Position numbers and translations under genes: made by a program
Assembly: GCA_904063045.1 (NCBI GenBank)
Contig: CAJFCJ010000001.1
Span: forward strand, 1,860,001 to 1,924,000
Reading direction: 5' to 3'
DNA length: 64,000 nt
From: Dimorphilus gyrociliatus
Taxonomy: Eukaryota; Animalia; Annelida
Shown: piece by piece, positions 36,602 through 52,502 of the stretch
How the letters are laid out: each line of letters begins with the position of its first letter
How positions within the stretch are numbered: the stretch's first letter is position 1
The notes under the pieces: generated by a model
What the model was told of the DNA's origin: nothing
The model's input: the letters and a program-made list of their open reading frames with translations, nothing else
The model's database searches: none

Positions 36602-39600
36602 TTATTTTGTTGGGAGAGGAGCCAAAGCCTCTGTTATAAAAGCATATGGGTTTTTTATTTCATCCTTCAAACCTATAAATAATAAAATCAGTATTAAAGC
36701 TAAAAAGAAATTAAAACGATTTCTGAAAGACACATACCGCTTAATTCGAACAATTGATCGAATGATTGAGCACTCAGCATTTCTTTTTCGTAAATTACTA
36801 GTAATTTATCACTTTGTTCTGTCAAATCATTTCGGCGAATAAACAGAGCGAGATCAGCTGGCCAATGAGCCAGATCACTTTTTACTCTATCAAAGAGAAC
36901 TTTATAATGGGCATCAACTATACACCAAAAAATCACGTAAGGTTTGTAGACTTCAAACGGACAAGGTGACAAATCTGGTAGAACTAGATTGGGAACTTTA
37001 CCATTTTCAGGTTCTCCAAGCACATTTCGGGCATGACTCATGACTATCAGATGCTTCAAAAGGGATAATCGATATTTTTTCCAGGTACCATCATCAAATA
37101 GATGCAAAGCTAATATAGTCCAGAATAGAGCATTATCTACCTCATAGGCATACTGTAGCCATCTCGCGCTACCTGGGGTTTGAATATGACCAATCAAACC
37201 TTCTAGCTCTTTGGTGACAATTCTTGTAGTATTAAGCACGTATAATGCCATATGCATTATATGGGGTACCAATTGCAGATTACTTTGCCTACCACCTCCT
37301 CCACTCTCTCCCGTAAGTGTTCGACTAAGCGCCAAACTAAACAGCAGATATTTTAAATCGTGTAGGGTGTGAGTAACCGTCGCGTCTCTTATACCAGTGC
37401 AGTCTTGAATGTAGGTATTATGCTTTGCTAGATTTGAAGCGAATGAGCTTTCTTGAACATCTGGTCCCCATAGTGGTAATAAGCCATTACATTTGCTGTT
37501 AGAATTGTGTAACAATGCTGATTCCCATTCATCCCTACTTCTCGAGTGGCGAACAGCCGCTACGTGACAGTCAACGTGTACAACGTTCATATGCGTTAGT
37601 GTAGAATAGCCAGCAGATTTTCGACTCTTTGCTTCAAATTCATCCAATTGGGTACGTCTTGTAAAAGTGTAAATGGCTAATACTTTATTTGGTTGATTCT
37701 TATAGCCCTCGCGACAAATACAACAAACCATTCCCGTTTCCTCTTGAATCTCAGCCTCTAGCCATTTGCTCTTTACGTCAGCTTTTACTTGACCTTTTTC
37801 GTTTGTTTTCATTCCTAAACTATCAAGATGTTTATTACGCATGGCAAGGGCTTTTCTTTTCTTTTCAGCCTTAGTTTTTAAACGGAAATCTTCAACAACT
37901 TTCTTCAAACTAGTATGAACTCTGATGCTATCTAGCAGATTTTCTGCTAAAGTTCCTATATTACCATCTGAAGAAACTTGTTCTAATTTGTGGAGAACGT
38001 TTACTAATTCGGAAACACGACTTGCACTAGGGAGGTGCCCTTTTACTAAACCATTTAAAATTCGTAAAACATAAGGGAGGGCTGGCTTTTTTATCATATC
38101 TTTCCAATCATCTTGATCTGTAGCCAGGTAGGTTACTATTGGTGGCGAATGATCTTTCAAATATTTAATACAACAGTCAACAAATCCTTTTTCTAATAAA
38201 AGATCTTTCAACATTTCCCCATTAGCATTCGCTTCTATTCCATTTACAACTTGAGCGAAGCAATCAACGTGCATAACATCTGTAGTAGAATGCTCCTTAT
38301 CAAATTGATCATAAATCAAAAATGGTTCAAAATATTCGGCGAGCGCAATCATCTTTTCACTGTGTCCGAAAGCCAAGAATGGTACAACTTTCATAAGCGC
38401 CTGCAGTAAATTGGATGAGGCTCTTACAAGTGGAGAATGCATATGTTCTAGAAGTAGTAAAAGTTGGCTTGTATCAGCCCCTTGTCTTTTTGTAAAATCA
38501 GCATATTTTTGAGGACTCTGAGCACTTGCTTCTTGTAACACAGCCTCCATAATGGAAAGAACAGATATAGCTAAACTTTCGCATTCACCTTTAAGACAAA
38601 CGTTCAATGCTGTGAGCATAAATGGTATAGTCGATTTGTCTAATAAAGCTAAGCGGCAAATTCTGATTTTCACACAATAGGTAAATAATTTGAACAAAAC
38701 AGTCATTAAATTTCTACCAGTAGTCAAATTTTCGATGGCGGCTAGGCGGTCCAGCATTACATCTAATCCATTACAATTTTCTGCCAAAACGCTCGCCAAA
38801 GCAAATACTTCTTCATCATCTTTTTCCTCACCATTCGAAGAAGTAAGAGAATTTATCATATCTTCAGTAGCATCACCAAGCAGACCTCTCATACGGTAGA
38901 CGACTCTCATAGCTACGGAGTCTCCTTGCTGCGGAACCCATACCTTCCTCCAGACATCTTTTACTGACAGATCCAAAGCAATAATCTTGTTACAGACCAA
39001 CAGTTCCATTCCAGTATCATCTTCCAACAATGCTACCAGTTCGCAGTCGGTGCAAATCTTATTTTTCACATCTCTCATTAATGGACCAATATTAGGAGTT
39101 TTAGTAGAATATGGATTACCAAGCATTCTGCCTTGCAAAAAGTCTTCCTGTTGTGCATCTTTTTCTAAATTTAATAAAATTTCACTGTCGTCTTCCTCTT
39201 CCGGCTTAATCATATTAGCAACTCGTTCAAAAATGAAGACTGGTGTAGTTAAGTCTTCCTTTGGAAATCTTGTCACAGTGTTAATGCAAACGCTCATAAA
39301 ATCTTTCTTCTCTTTTTCTGTCCCAGATGTTAATTGTTCCAAAGCCTCCAGAAATTTACTTTGAGTGTCGTCAAGCAATTTTGTTCTTTGTACTATCATC
39401 TTCTTCAATGACAAGAATGCATTTAAGACTACAGCTAGAAGCACAGATTTTTTACTTTGCTTTATCCATTCGTCATTTACTAAGCTAGTCAATAAACAAG
39501 TTAAGGAATACAAGCACGATCCTCCAGCGACATCGCAATCGAATGTCGACTGCTCTAATTCCATTAACCTATTTACTTGTATATTTATCAATTCACACAA

Positions 39601-42600
39601 TTTCGGAATTAAATCACAGTTGACAACTGCGTAATGACGCCAGCGTTCTTCTTCTATTAGTTTTTTACATAAAATTATTAATTCGCACCCATTACTTCCC
39701 TCAATAGATTCTAAATATGATATAAGCATTGGCAGCAAACTCTTGGTTCTCTGTGACTCATTTAGACTAATTTGTCCTATTAATTGACAGGTAACAACTC
39801 GTAAAGATCTGTTACTTTTACACAAAATGGCTTTTTTCACCCAAGAGTCACGTTTAGAAATCTTTGATCTCCATATATTGACATATTTTTGAACCACGAA
39901 ATATTTATCTGATGGATTTTTCACCCAGTCCACTGAGGCACTTTCCAAAAAGAGATTTGCATTAACGATCGGTAACGCTGCTGTCTTCGATTTTCGCTTT
40001 TCTCCTAGTAGAGATTTCAAAATTCGCACACATGGCAAGGTAACATAATGAACTACACAGGCTGTTTGTATTCGATTTGAAAGGAGTAAGATCTGAAGCA
40101 AGGTTCGAACTCTTAAAGGCCAAGCTTTATCCGACACATCTGAAAGAGAGGCGGCCAGTACAAGTATGCAGTGTCGTACTCCATTACCAAAGAGGAAAGG
40201 AACTTTCTTATATTGGGCTATAGAATTTGTTATTCTTTTTAAAATCAGAGTGTTAACGATATTTGTAGCTTTTTCATCATTACGTATCAAGGCACATATT
40301 AATTTCCTTACTTTGCCTCTATTGTTTATCGTTCCTTTTGGTAAGTTAACATTCAATAAAAGTTTAAAGAATTGCGGTTGGGCCAGTTGAGCACGAATAT
40401 TTTCTTTTGAACATAAAGCTGTTAAAAGGGTGATACAATGCGAGAGTGTGGCATTGGAACAGCCATAGCAATTTTTAGATTTCTTGGAATCTTCAACTAA
40501 TTGACCACCCTTAGTGTACTCAACAAGCTCTTTTCTTGAAGCAACAATTTTTTCTATGCATTTACTTAGATCCTCAAAAGTATTTCGACAATCAACGTTA
40601 TACTTATTAGCCACTTGATGAATAAGGGTACTAACTGCAGCATTTTCACCGCCTTCGCCTGTAGCTATGTCACAGTCGACAACTTTTAAAAGTAAAGTTT
40701 CTAATGTTGGCTTATTTCCCATTAAATCTTTATATAATTTATCAGCTTTTTCTAATAGATTGCTAATACTATTCAGAGCCTTGGCCTTATCGTCTTCACT
40801 TTCGATACTTCCAACATCGCAAGTTGTCCTCGCGTATAGTGAAATATCAACTTTAGCGTATTTGCAAAATCCACAAGCAACGCATAAGAATGGATCTTTC
40901 TCATCGTAGTTTATGGCTCGACATTTATGGCACTGAAATACGTTTTCTCCACAATTTCCACAAACACCGGGAGATGAGGCTACGGTCGCTGAACAACGGG
41001 GACATTGTAAGGTATCTCCCGTACTTATGCTTTTTTCATGAAAGTCAGCATATTCAAACATTAAATTACAAGCTGTGATTGGTAAAGGTAGATCGACTTT
41101 TGCTTCTGCTTGTCCAGCACTTAAACTTACTTTGGATACTTTTTGCCATAATTCCCGTTTGTTCTTCAGTTCAACTATAGCATTCACTGGCCTATTGTTA
41201 TAATAGATATTCAGAGTGCGTATCATCTTCATACGCTTTACATCTGTTAGTTTGAAACTAATTTTATGGATCATATGCGTACTGACCAGCTTAACCAATT
41301 GTGTGTTTGCCGTAAACTTTGTGTCTACTTTTAAAGTTGACAACTTAGCATTTGAAAAGGCTATCTCAGGCGTGTTGCATACCAAGCATGGCTCATTTTC
41401 TAAATAATATCCAATGTCATTATCAACCAAGGGTTGGATTAAATTGGATAAATGCGAATAAAAGGTAGCATTAGGGTGGCTATTCATAGCATCATTTTGT
41501 TCCTTCATCACATCTACAGCTGACTGAACATATTTTGCTATCGTCGACGTTTTTAAATTTGGTGTTCGAAGAGAAAAATAACCCAGCAGATCCACAAATT
41601 GTGCTGCCTTTTCCCCATATTCTTTTAAATCATTCCAAAGACTCCACATTCTATCTAACAATATTCTTTGGTCTTCTCCATTTAAATGTTTCCAGAGAAG
41701 TAAAACAAGAGCATGAACTTGCCAACGAACACCAGTCACGTTTGAATCCAGCATAAGTTTTCGTATCAGATTACTCGATATTAAAGGAGCCAAAAAGGGA
41801 ATTAGATGTTCAGCTATTTGTTCTTCACCCTCTTGAGAAGTCAGAGCGCATTGTAACAGGGATAAACAAGTTGGTGCAACAGCTGAATGGAGACTTACTG
41901 AGCACCATACTAGGAAAGGCAATGTATTGGTATTCTTCATACAATATTGCTGCCAATTTGAGCTCCTTTGATTAGCAATATCCAGACAAAGTTTTAGCTT
42001 TTCAATTACTTTTAGGAGCATATTGTAAGACAACGGCATTTCCTCACCATCATCTAATTGTTTCACTCCCATATCCTTAAATAAGTTTTCAACTCCACTC
42101 ATATAAGCATTTAGGCAGTGTTCGTCGCGAATTTTACGATATTTTTCTTTAGATTGAGCAAATGCTAAAAGCAATTTCCTTATTTGTTTTCTTACCGAGC
42201 TGTCTAATTGAGATAACATCAGGAAATCACACAAAAGAGCATTCCAAGATGACATTGATTCCGGATTCCCCTCATGAACATCAACTTGTTTTTTCATCTG
42301 GTAGACAATTCGAATAACAAACTCAGTTAGAAGTTTTGGATACGATGAAAAAACATCAGTGGAATGACTTTTAACGTATGGCTTCGTGAAGAATGGTGTC
42401 ATATCTGGTAGCTGCATGGTGCTAACCTTAAGAATTTCCCCAGAACTGTGCCAAGCATCTCCAGCATTGTTCCAATGTCTCTCTAGCATTAGCTTTAAAA
42501 TTTTTTCAAATACTTCAAAAAGATTTGACTGTGTGATAACCGATGATGTAAGAGAGTTTATAGCTTGAAGCCAGTCAGCAGGTTTATTTTTACTGACTTT

Positions 42601-45600
42601 ACTTGATTTTAAAACTCCTTTATATGATATACAAACAGATATAAATCTGAAAAATAGGAGAACAACTTCGTTATGTTGTGATCTTTCCACAAGTGTTTCG
42701 CAAGGCGTTTTTCGAATTGAATCGACTACAACAGATATTAATCTGTCTAGCACAGCTCTATCATTTCCTTCGTTACCATCCATCGATGCTGCAAGAGTAA
42801 AGATAACTTGAAGGAAGGGAATTGATTGTAATCCATTTTCCAAGAAGGGAATATAGTCTGTCAATTTATCTAGCAACAGAGATTTCATACTAGGATTGTT
42901 TTCATCCTCCCCAGCTGAAGGTGGGACAGCACTGACAATGCTGCTGGTTTCGCTTCTAGCACCTCCAGAAATAGAATCAATTATTGAACCGCCACTTTCT
43001 GAACCAGCTACACTAGCCACCTCAACAGGTGATGTTCGGAGGGTAGAACCATCAGTTGCCGCATTAGAACCGACTTCATCGTCACTATTTGGGGTAGAGT
43101 TATCGCTATACTGTTCCGATTGTAGACTAAGTGCTATGGCCAGTTCTACCATAGTTGTTTCATCGTCCGCACTTTCCAATTGACTCATCATGTCATCCGT
43201 TGGTAATTTTGCTGGTGTGCTACAACGAGCTGGTGAAGTATCTTTTCGAACTCTCTTCAAAGATGGCTTAAACAAACGATTCAAAGCCATTCGAGCAGGA
43301 AATGCAACATTTGGGAATGGAGACAATAAAAATTTTGCGTATAACCGGCTGGAAAGCTGTATAATTTCACTTTCGCCTGATTTGCAGAAGGCATCGATAA
43401 TATCAATCATAGCCATAACTGTCAGGTCGGTATTTTGAAGGCCGGGTAAACCAACTGGTGCCACATTTCGAGCTAGAGGTCTTGATCCGTGAAGTTTCCA
43501 AAATATTCCAGAAATCTTCATCAAAATATGTTCATCAGTATCACTTATATTATCCAGAAGAGATTGCAGAGTTTCTTTATTTTCTTCATCTTTTGACGTG
43601 TTCTCCACTAAAGTTACATCGCTTCTGCTTGGGCCAGCAGATAAGGATTTAGTTAATTGTTTTTCACAAAATTTTGTTAAATTATATGGTCGAGCAACTG
43701 CAATTGATCGAATGATAACTAGAAGTCTTTGGAACGTATCCGAGTCCATAGAAGTTGAGCTTCCAAACATATTCATGACATATTGTAATTGGCAGTCGTC
43801 CTTATGGATATGATAAGCTGTTCTGCTATTGTGTAAAGAGGCCAATAGACCTGACGCACTCTGTTCAAGAATCTTTGATGTCGGAAGGGTAATGATATTT
43901 GTGCACAAGTCAAGTAAAATTTGACGCTTATCATTCTTCCATAATTTCAATGACGAATCTAGGAATTGTAAGGCTCCGGCAATTAGTCTCTCAGTTCTTG
44001 AACTGGCTATACTTTGATCAGTAGCCTGGGACATATTAACACCTTGTTCATCCATACTTGATTGCCCAACATTTTCTGTTTCATTTCCTGACCAACCAAA
44101 AGACTCCTTGCTACATACATGCACCTTTATGGAGTCAATTATGATAACTCCATCAGGATCACTTGATGGTGCAAAAAATATAGAAAATGAGCGAACGGCA
44201 GTTGTGCTCTCCTCTTTTGAGAAAGGTATATCATACCATCTGTTACTACGAGTTGTATTAACTGGAACGGATCGCCCGAAGACATCAATACTGGATGGTA
44301 TTCTGTTGACAGACTGAGAACCAACTTGAATTCGAATACCCACAGGTACATGAGACGTAGACGTGTTTGTAATTTCTATCTTAAAACCATTAGGGTTTGC
44401 ACAAACTACGTAAGTTCCTGGTGAAATAAGGCGATTTTTGGCTTGAGATGCATTGTAAACTTGTAGCAAATCTTGTCCACCAACTTCAAAATCATTAGTT
44501 GCCTGGCAGTTTTCAAAGAAGTCAATTGGAAAGCTTTGTCCAGCATTTTTAATTCCAGAATTTCGATTCGATGCAATTTTTTTACGGTGAACAGGTCGAT
44601 ATGCTGACATTGGATTTCGCACTTGAGGATTGAGCCAAAAGTTAGTAGTTTCCATGTTTATACTCTGCATTTTCAAATTTCCATCTTCACAAAGAATCAT
44701 CAATGTTGTTCTGCGTTTATCATTTACATTCATTATTGGATGACTTATTAAACTTACATCCAAAATTTTTGATTTACTGGTCTTAACTTCTTGAGCAAAA
44801 ATGCCATTTGGTGACACCATAATAACGATCGGTATATTCAAATGTTGACTATACGCAGTGAGAAGTCCTGGATGATCAATAGTCTCAGACCAATTGACTA
44901 GGGCCTGCTTCTGTTTAGCACTACTGCTCACATTTTTCTGTAGTGTTAGAGAGCATATATTGGTCGCCTTACCCAAGTCTTGCCTCAATGGGCTATAAAA
45001 GGTCTTTCCAGATAGAAAACTGAAAAATAACAACTGCAACAAGTGTGAATAATATACTGATCCTCCTCCACCAGAGATTGTTCCATTAGCTTCTGTCTTA
45101 ATATCGACATGCTTAATATCTATCACATTCGTGACAAAAAAAGCTCCATTTTGAGCTGTTTCATCCAGTATTTGAGTGTACACATAGCCAGTAGAAGCCA
45201 TTATAGCAATATACTGAGCTCCATGTTCAGTTACAATAAAAGTAGCATCTTTAATTTTTCCAGCGGGTACGACAAAATAATAGTTGGGACTAATAATGTC
45301 ATTTGAAAGATTGAATATTTTAATGAAGTCGCCCGTAATGAGAGCAAGAGAAGATTTTGAAGCGGGTAGCCATATAACCTTGACAACATAATTTCCAGCA
45401 TCTAGACTTGGATGTAGAGCTAAATGTTCGCGAACTTTGGCAATGTTGGTCAAAGACAAAACATGACAGTCCTATAAGGAAAAGTATAAGAGGTTTGTCT
45501 ATAAAAATGAAAATTTTTCTCTAGTCACTTACTTTTAATCCGCAAACTGCAATAACTTCTTCATTGCAAGGATTAGTTGTAAAAGACAGGATTGCAAACG

Positions 45601-48600
45601 GTAATGTTGTTGATGAAGTTCTGGTTAGCGTAACTTTAGATTTGTTTGCCTCTAGTTGTTTCAATGCTGATGAGAGTTGAAACATAGTCAATTTACACTT
45701 ATCATGACTAATGGCGAGATAATGCTTTTTCTTAATAGGAATACCACATGTAGCAACGCGTCTTATTGTAGAGTTACTTATCAGCTGTCGAATTTGTTGC
45801 GCTTGATCTCCGTTGTATTGGCTTTTTACATTCTCTAGACACCCATCTTGTGATACAACGGTACTATTTATCAAACTATCAGTTATTTCAACTTTTCTTA
45901 CGATTGTGTGTAAATCCGATAAATGCTTTCTGGCAATATTTGCCACAGAAGGAGATACCTCAAAGGAATGACTAAGTAAAGGTATAACAGAAGAAAGTAA
46001 GCGAACGGTGTTTTCTACCACAGATGATTTTCCAATGATACTTATTAAATTAGTTTTATCTACCCCTTCCAAGCAATTATTAACTTTGGAAGCGAAGCTT
46101 TTATCTTTAGCTTCCCATTTAGATTCGGCTGGATGTGAACCAGTTGACGTTAGAAGCATAGTATCAGTTGTGTAAGTGCTTGTCCTTTTAGTTAAGGCCT
46201 GACAAGAATTATCTTCCTTCGCTCCACAGTCGCAAAAAAATGATCCGCATTTGGCGTAAGCTAGTTCATGACCTTTATGACAAACCTTTGCACATACAGT
46301 GCAAACACCTATGTTATCTACCATGTTGCATGTGTAACAATGATACCAGTGTTGATTCATAAATTCTTTTTGAGTAACTGTATAAGTACATAATTCATCA
46401 TCTTCTCCATCGGATCCTTCGCTAGGAGCTAATTCATGACCAAACTCCTCATCCAAACAGCTCTCGCTATCACTTTCTTCCTGATCTTGAACTCTATCGC
46501 AGCTAAATATCTGCTTAATGTAAGTAAGGACGTAAGAGATACATTCAAGCATCGTAGTTAATTTTCCATTTTCTTCAGAGCACAATAACTTCTCCAGTAC
46601 CTTTCGCTCATTTAAGTACTTTTCACAAATTTCAAGAAATTGTAAAGATTTCTGGCATAATAGTTCGTGTTTTTTGCACGCAGTGGCTAAAGACAGCATG
46701 ACTACGAATAGTTCCCCAAAGGCGACAGTCTTATTTTCATAAAGTAACTGCTCACTTATAATTAGAAGATGAGTTAAGAGAGTTTCCGCAATCATTGAAT
46801 CAATAGCTGACTTATCTAAAGAAGCCATTGTGGCTACCAGCTTATGGAGAAGTCCACGAATTTCAGTTACACATATTTCTTCTGATGAGTCACTGTGTGA
46901 CGGAATTTTAACCATATTCCATAACCAATAATGAATCAATTTGTCATCAATGTCTTTTATGTTGGACAGTTTATCACAAAGAATAACTGATTGAAGGTAA
47001 TAGGCTTCTTCAGTACTTGAAAGTAAACCAAATAGAGATGAAAAAAACGACAGCACTTTCTTTCTATAAGCTACTGGTCGCCATTCTGAAGCTGAAGTCA
47101 AAAGAATTTCCACTATTGACTGTTTTTCTTCATAATATCTAAGTATCTCGGAAATAGCAGGAATACCAGAGTCAGGTTTTTCAATACACAGCTCTAAAAG
47201 TTTCATACATTCAACGTAAATCTCATCTTTGACTACGTTCTCAAAGATAGAGTGTTTTCCGCTTTGAGCCAAAACTCTTTCTTCAGATAATGACGGCGTC
47301 AATGCTAGACGATATGAATTATTGACTGCAGTTTGTAACGACATCTTCTTAAATTGTTCGCTATCATTATTACCAACTGCCTTATGAACAATACTTTCCA
47401 CATACTCGGAAACATATTGTGCAGATGCATCAAAGAGCAGAGGAAAGATATACATGCTCACTTGTGCCGGAACTTTTTCGCACCACTCTACTAGTCGATT
47501 GAAAAACTGTAGCAGAGTACTCAGCACATACTTTACACAATTGTTAACTGATGCAGGGAAAGTTGTCATTTCCTGGACTGTGGTTAGGAAGACATTGTTT
47601 AAATAAGAAGTAGTTTGATCTCCATCATCTTTCTTTTCATTCCATGATGTGCAATTTGGGAAACTATGAACTTCTGCCCATTTAGCAATAATATTTTGGG
47701 TGTTTGCTGGAAGATATTTCGTACAAAGGCATATAGGTGCTTGTGTTGATGTCATTGAAATTATTATTTTTAGTAGAGGTTCGACTTCCTCGGAGTACTT
47801 ATTTTTACTGATTAATTTATTCACTAGTCTTTCTCGTACTGCTCCAGAGTAAAATTCAATGGCTTTGCAAAAAGGTAATATTAATTCTGATGCTATTTCA
47901 TTAGGAGTCTTTGATTCTGAATCTCGGCTACTTGTTCTATCTTGTATCCATGTGTCCAATAGCGCATAGCCTTTAGCAAGAGATGTATTTAAATCTGCCA
48001 TGCTACTTAAGGAAATTTCTTCAGCATTTTTTAAAACATTTAAAATTTCTTCAACGTTCCTTTCAATTCGGCAACAATTATTGAAAGCAGTTTCTACAAC
48101 TTTTTCACCTCTGCCACTAGTACCCTGCTTTGTTACAATTTCAGATAATGCTTCACGATAATTTGCATTTTGTAAACGAGTAACAACCATTTTACTGTAA
48201 GGTTTCTTTTTATCTATTGGAGAATGACTTATGTGCTTCAAAAATTCCTCTGAAGGCGGCAGATAATCAAACATCTGCCATAAGATACTCAAAGCATATC
48301 GTATAGAATATAGTTCCAAACTTCCATTAGCATTTGAACATGATATAACATCATCAAAAATTTTTGTCATTGATCGATAAAACACTTCGTAATCAATACC
48401 TTTTTTGTTTGTTGTGATGAAAGTCCGAGCTAATCCATCCATTCGGGGCCACCTACTCAAGTTAGTAGTTAGGGAAAAATCTTTTTTAGACAACCAATAA
48501 AACTTCGATGGCTTCCTATCATCTAAATTCTCATAAAATGTAAATAAGATATAGCTTTCTTTGCAGTTAAAACTTTCAAAAAGATTGTGTTGTACATGTT

Positions 48601-51495
48601 CAAGAAGATCATCACTAGGAGTATAAAAGTACAGGAGTAAATTATTTGCCAGGATCAATAATCTTGAAAGCGGTAAAACAGCCTCGGCTCCCACAATAGT
48701 AAAACTTGAAATTTTGATTAAGCATTCTAATAGTTGACTCAAAATTGTTTTACGATGTATAGGATCTAATGAGTGAAACATGAACACCAAAAACTGTGCT
48801 TGTTCCACATTCAAATCATCTTGATTTTCACTTTTTGATGGTGGGTGAATTGTATTTTCAACTAGGGTAGATAATACTTTATTCCAAATATTTATAATTA
48901 TTTCATAAGATTTAGTAGGCGTATTAGTTAGACGTTCCTCTTGCTGTTTCAAAAGTATAACTTGAAATAAAACATTCAAGACTCGCCTATTGACGTTTAA
49001 TTTCCATATAGCCTGCTTACTGGGATAAACATGAAGATACTCCAAGATGGCTTTTTCTTTTTCTTCAGATAATAATTTTGACGCTATTAAAAAGTGATTG
49101 AACTTTACTAACATAGAACTAAAATATCCAGCGGGCTCAAAGTCAATAAGCAGATCGAAGTTGCTATCAAAGGTGCTAGTTATATTTGATATGACTTCCA
49201 TTTCACTTCCATTGAAATCGTCAACAAAAATCCGTCTTAATTCAGGAGAAGCTACTTCAGATAGCATACTGGTAAAGATCAAGTTAAGAATTTTTGCTCC
49301 TAGACTTAGAAATGGAGCAGGAGGTGTGCTTTCTAACTCCAGTAAATTTTTCTTAACCAATTCATCGCCGTCAAAGTCGTCGCTTCCATCGACAGATAAA
49401 ATATCAAATTCAATTTCGGGATACATTAAAGTTTGCATCCATTTTCCTAATATAGACTCCTTCTCAATTTCTGAAATGAATACGATTTAAAAAAAAATAG
49501 TTCTTCCATAATATTCCATACCTTCTTCTAAAGAATTAAGACTTGCTAGGTCCATTTCTTCACCATCTACTTGTTTATCGTTGTTTTCATTTGTATTGGA
49601 AATTACAGTATCTTTTACAGAACAAGCCTGAAAGTTTGCATAACAATTTGTGTAAAGAAAACAAAAATTTCTAGTAAAATTACGTACAATAGTATAGCAG
49701 TAATTCAACAGTCGAATTAGCAATGGTAAAGTTTTTACTGATGAATTAATTTTCTTTATTCTGTCTAAACTTGAAAAATTAAGAGCTAAAAGAGCCTTAA
49801 TTGGGGTGTCTTTATGATCCTGTTTTAAAATAAAGTTGTAACTTTTTACACCCAATCTAACAGAAGTCAAACCTTGAGAATATCAGATAGTTTAGAACCA
49901 CTCAGTTCACTAAAAAGAAAATTTAAAATTACGACAAGTTCTTTTCCTGACATAATCATTATCATATCTCTTTCGCATTTTCTGAAATAATACATTCTGT
50001 TAGAGATGAACACTCCAATATTCAAACATGGCTTACTGCTTGCTTCCTGTCGAGTCCTCTGTTTTTCCCAGTTCTTTTTCTATAAATACACTTATATAGT
50101 GTGCAGCGATTAAGTACAAATTTTGAAGAACCTGTAGAAAATGTGAAAATAAAATGAGAAAATGAATTACATTCCTTATACTACCGTATGATTATATGAG
50201 TTCCCCGATTTGAGCCATTGACATACTTGATCAAAAATATCTAACTGTAATGAGAGATAATAAGCTGGATTTGATTAGCTTAGGGCTATATGAACTTACC
50301 GTATACTGGAACACGCATATATTGTATTTGTCATAGTCTGCTAAACTTTCCAAGCATGAAACAACTGTTTTTACTATGACATCAACAGTGCTTAAGCCAC
50401 ACAACAATTCTTCTCGATATACAGAATGCAAAAGAGACAATTCATTTATAAAATTAGGCTTGTTTATTTTAAATGTTATTTTTGAACAAAGATTAATTAA
50501 TCTTGTAATTCCATTCTTTGACTAAAAAAGATAGATATATATATATATATATCTCCTGTATAGTATTTAGGTGTTCTTTCTTACCTTTAATATCGAGAGA
50601 CACTTGTCTGATAATTGCAAGTTAGAGGTTGAATGAGAAGAGTAGAAAGTACTTGATGTCATAAAATCAAATACATTATTTTTCTGGTGTAGTCTCTCAA
50701 TTGTTAAATCCTCAGATTCTACAAAATATGTTAAACTGTAATCTTAAAAAAAATATTTCTCTGAAATATTCACCATTAATATTTGGAATTTTATGTTGCT
50801 CTAAGAGTTTTAAATGCTTTGCAACATCTTCAGCTTGGAGAACTTCGTCCCCCAAACAGAATTTTGTCAAACAAGTTACGAGAGAACACTGAAAAATATT
50901 TTAATAAATTTCTGTACGGCATATTATTTAAAGTACAAACTAAAGTGATATTTATTTCCTTAGATTCTTCAATTTTCAAAAGAAGCAAGTCAATTACTTC
51001 TCGACACAATGCTATTACTTTGTTTGTCAAAGTTTTTGCATCTATATTAATAAATATTGAGTATTTGTTAGTTTCATATGACTTTCACAAATAATATTCT
51101 TTTTACATACTTAAAGATGATAAGTGGTGAGCCGTAACTGGAAGCAGAGACACAAGTAAAACATGATTTTCCTTTGATGCTTTTTTGCTATTGATTTGTG
51201 ATATAAAAAGATATTTTAATTAGAAAATTGTTTATAAAAAATTGCAATAATAAAAATACTAATAAGTTCTAAATAAAGAAAATATTTTGCAAGTTATAAA
51301 AAGATGAGTATGCAAAGTTTCTAATCAAGTTTACTTCGCACTAGATGTCCAAATTTAAATGATTTCTAACCTGTAATTCAGTATTCTTAATAGCTTTGTT
51401 AAATTTGAAATCTTGTCATCTTCAGATAAAGAATTGTCAAATAAACTAGACATGAAAGAGTCTCCGGTATCATTTTCTTGAGTATCGGACGCCAT
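36602..51495 (-). CDS. UBR4: E3/E4 ubiquitin ligase UBR4 (p600/BIG/Poe), roughly 4,700 aa
   Basis: UBR box LCTYTVTQKEFMNQHWYHCYTC...CHKGH...FFCDCGAK, CGLK|DCHVL across a 61-nt intron, FPIDFFE, zinc fingers CPRC..GVCGNCGENVFQCHKCRAINYDEKDPFLC, UBL QQEDFLQGRMLGNPYS, hemi-RING CCICREGY...HVDCH. The start exon MASDTQEN and small 5' exons are inferred. Confidence 0.97.
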
Positions 51496-52502
51496 TTTTA
51501 AAATGTTCTTTTCGTATTTGAGGAAGATAAACAATTTCTTTCAACTTTGGGTTAGTTCAATGTAAAACGACTTTTATGATCAGATTCTGTTTCACAAAAA
51601 ACTAGGTAGTCAAATATTCACTAATTCTGAAAGTGAAAGCTGGTGAGCAACCAGTATGAGTGCTGTCCTCTACTGCTACATTATACCGTTTCATATATTA
51701 TTTAAGTTCTTTTTCTTATAATTTGTGAAAAAACACTTTGTCAATTTTAGCAATATTTTTAAAACAGTAAATTAACAAAATAGATTCGAATCAATGAAAA
51801 TTTGAAGAAAAGTTAGTTGGTCTCAAAGTAAAAAAATTGCGTAATATTTCTGAAACCTGATAAAAATTGGTTAATCACTTATATTGAACAAGAACTTTGC
51901 TCAAAACAACCAAATTTTCATTGCATTAAATCTATTTTGAAAATTTGTGTAATGTTTTTCTTTAGACTTAACAAAATATAAATAAGAAAGAGAAATGAAA
52001 AAAGTTTCTTTACTTAAAATTGCTTTAATCTCTATTAAAATACAATAGCTTGAGATTATTTATTCAAAAAAATATTCTTCTAGAAACATATTCAAAATAT
52101 TTGATATACTATATTGCTTTTTCAATAAAAAATAAAAATTAAAAAGTAATTTATCCAAATATTGCAAAATTAATTACCTTAATTAACCCATTAATTATAC
52201 TTAAATTATTAACTTTCGTTTCTGAATGTTAAGCTTAACTTTCTTTAGTAATAACTAGATGTCGCTGTAACTGACTTTTATAGAAAATTTGTCTCCGAAA
52301 ACACTCCTTGATAAAACATACGTCACTTCCCAATATGGCCACAAACCAACGGTGATTGGACGATTCCAGAGTTAATCGATTAAAAATATCACTTTGCGAT
52401 TTATATACATTTTATCAGCTAATCGATTTGAACGATAATCGCAATATCAGGTTGCCTAGCCTCTGGAATTTTCTGAAAATCTCGAAAGATATTTTGTCTA
52501 AA

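Noticed and set aside
37689-49490. Many 60-130 aa plus-strand ORFs opposite UBR4, and similar ones opposite NAGPA, the GPCR, CCT5 and DLG5
   Set aside because: Antisense shadows of long coding exons; no motifs, often non-ATG starts.
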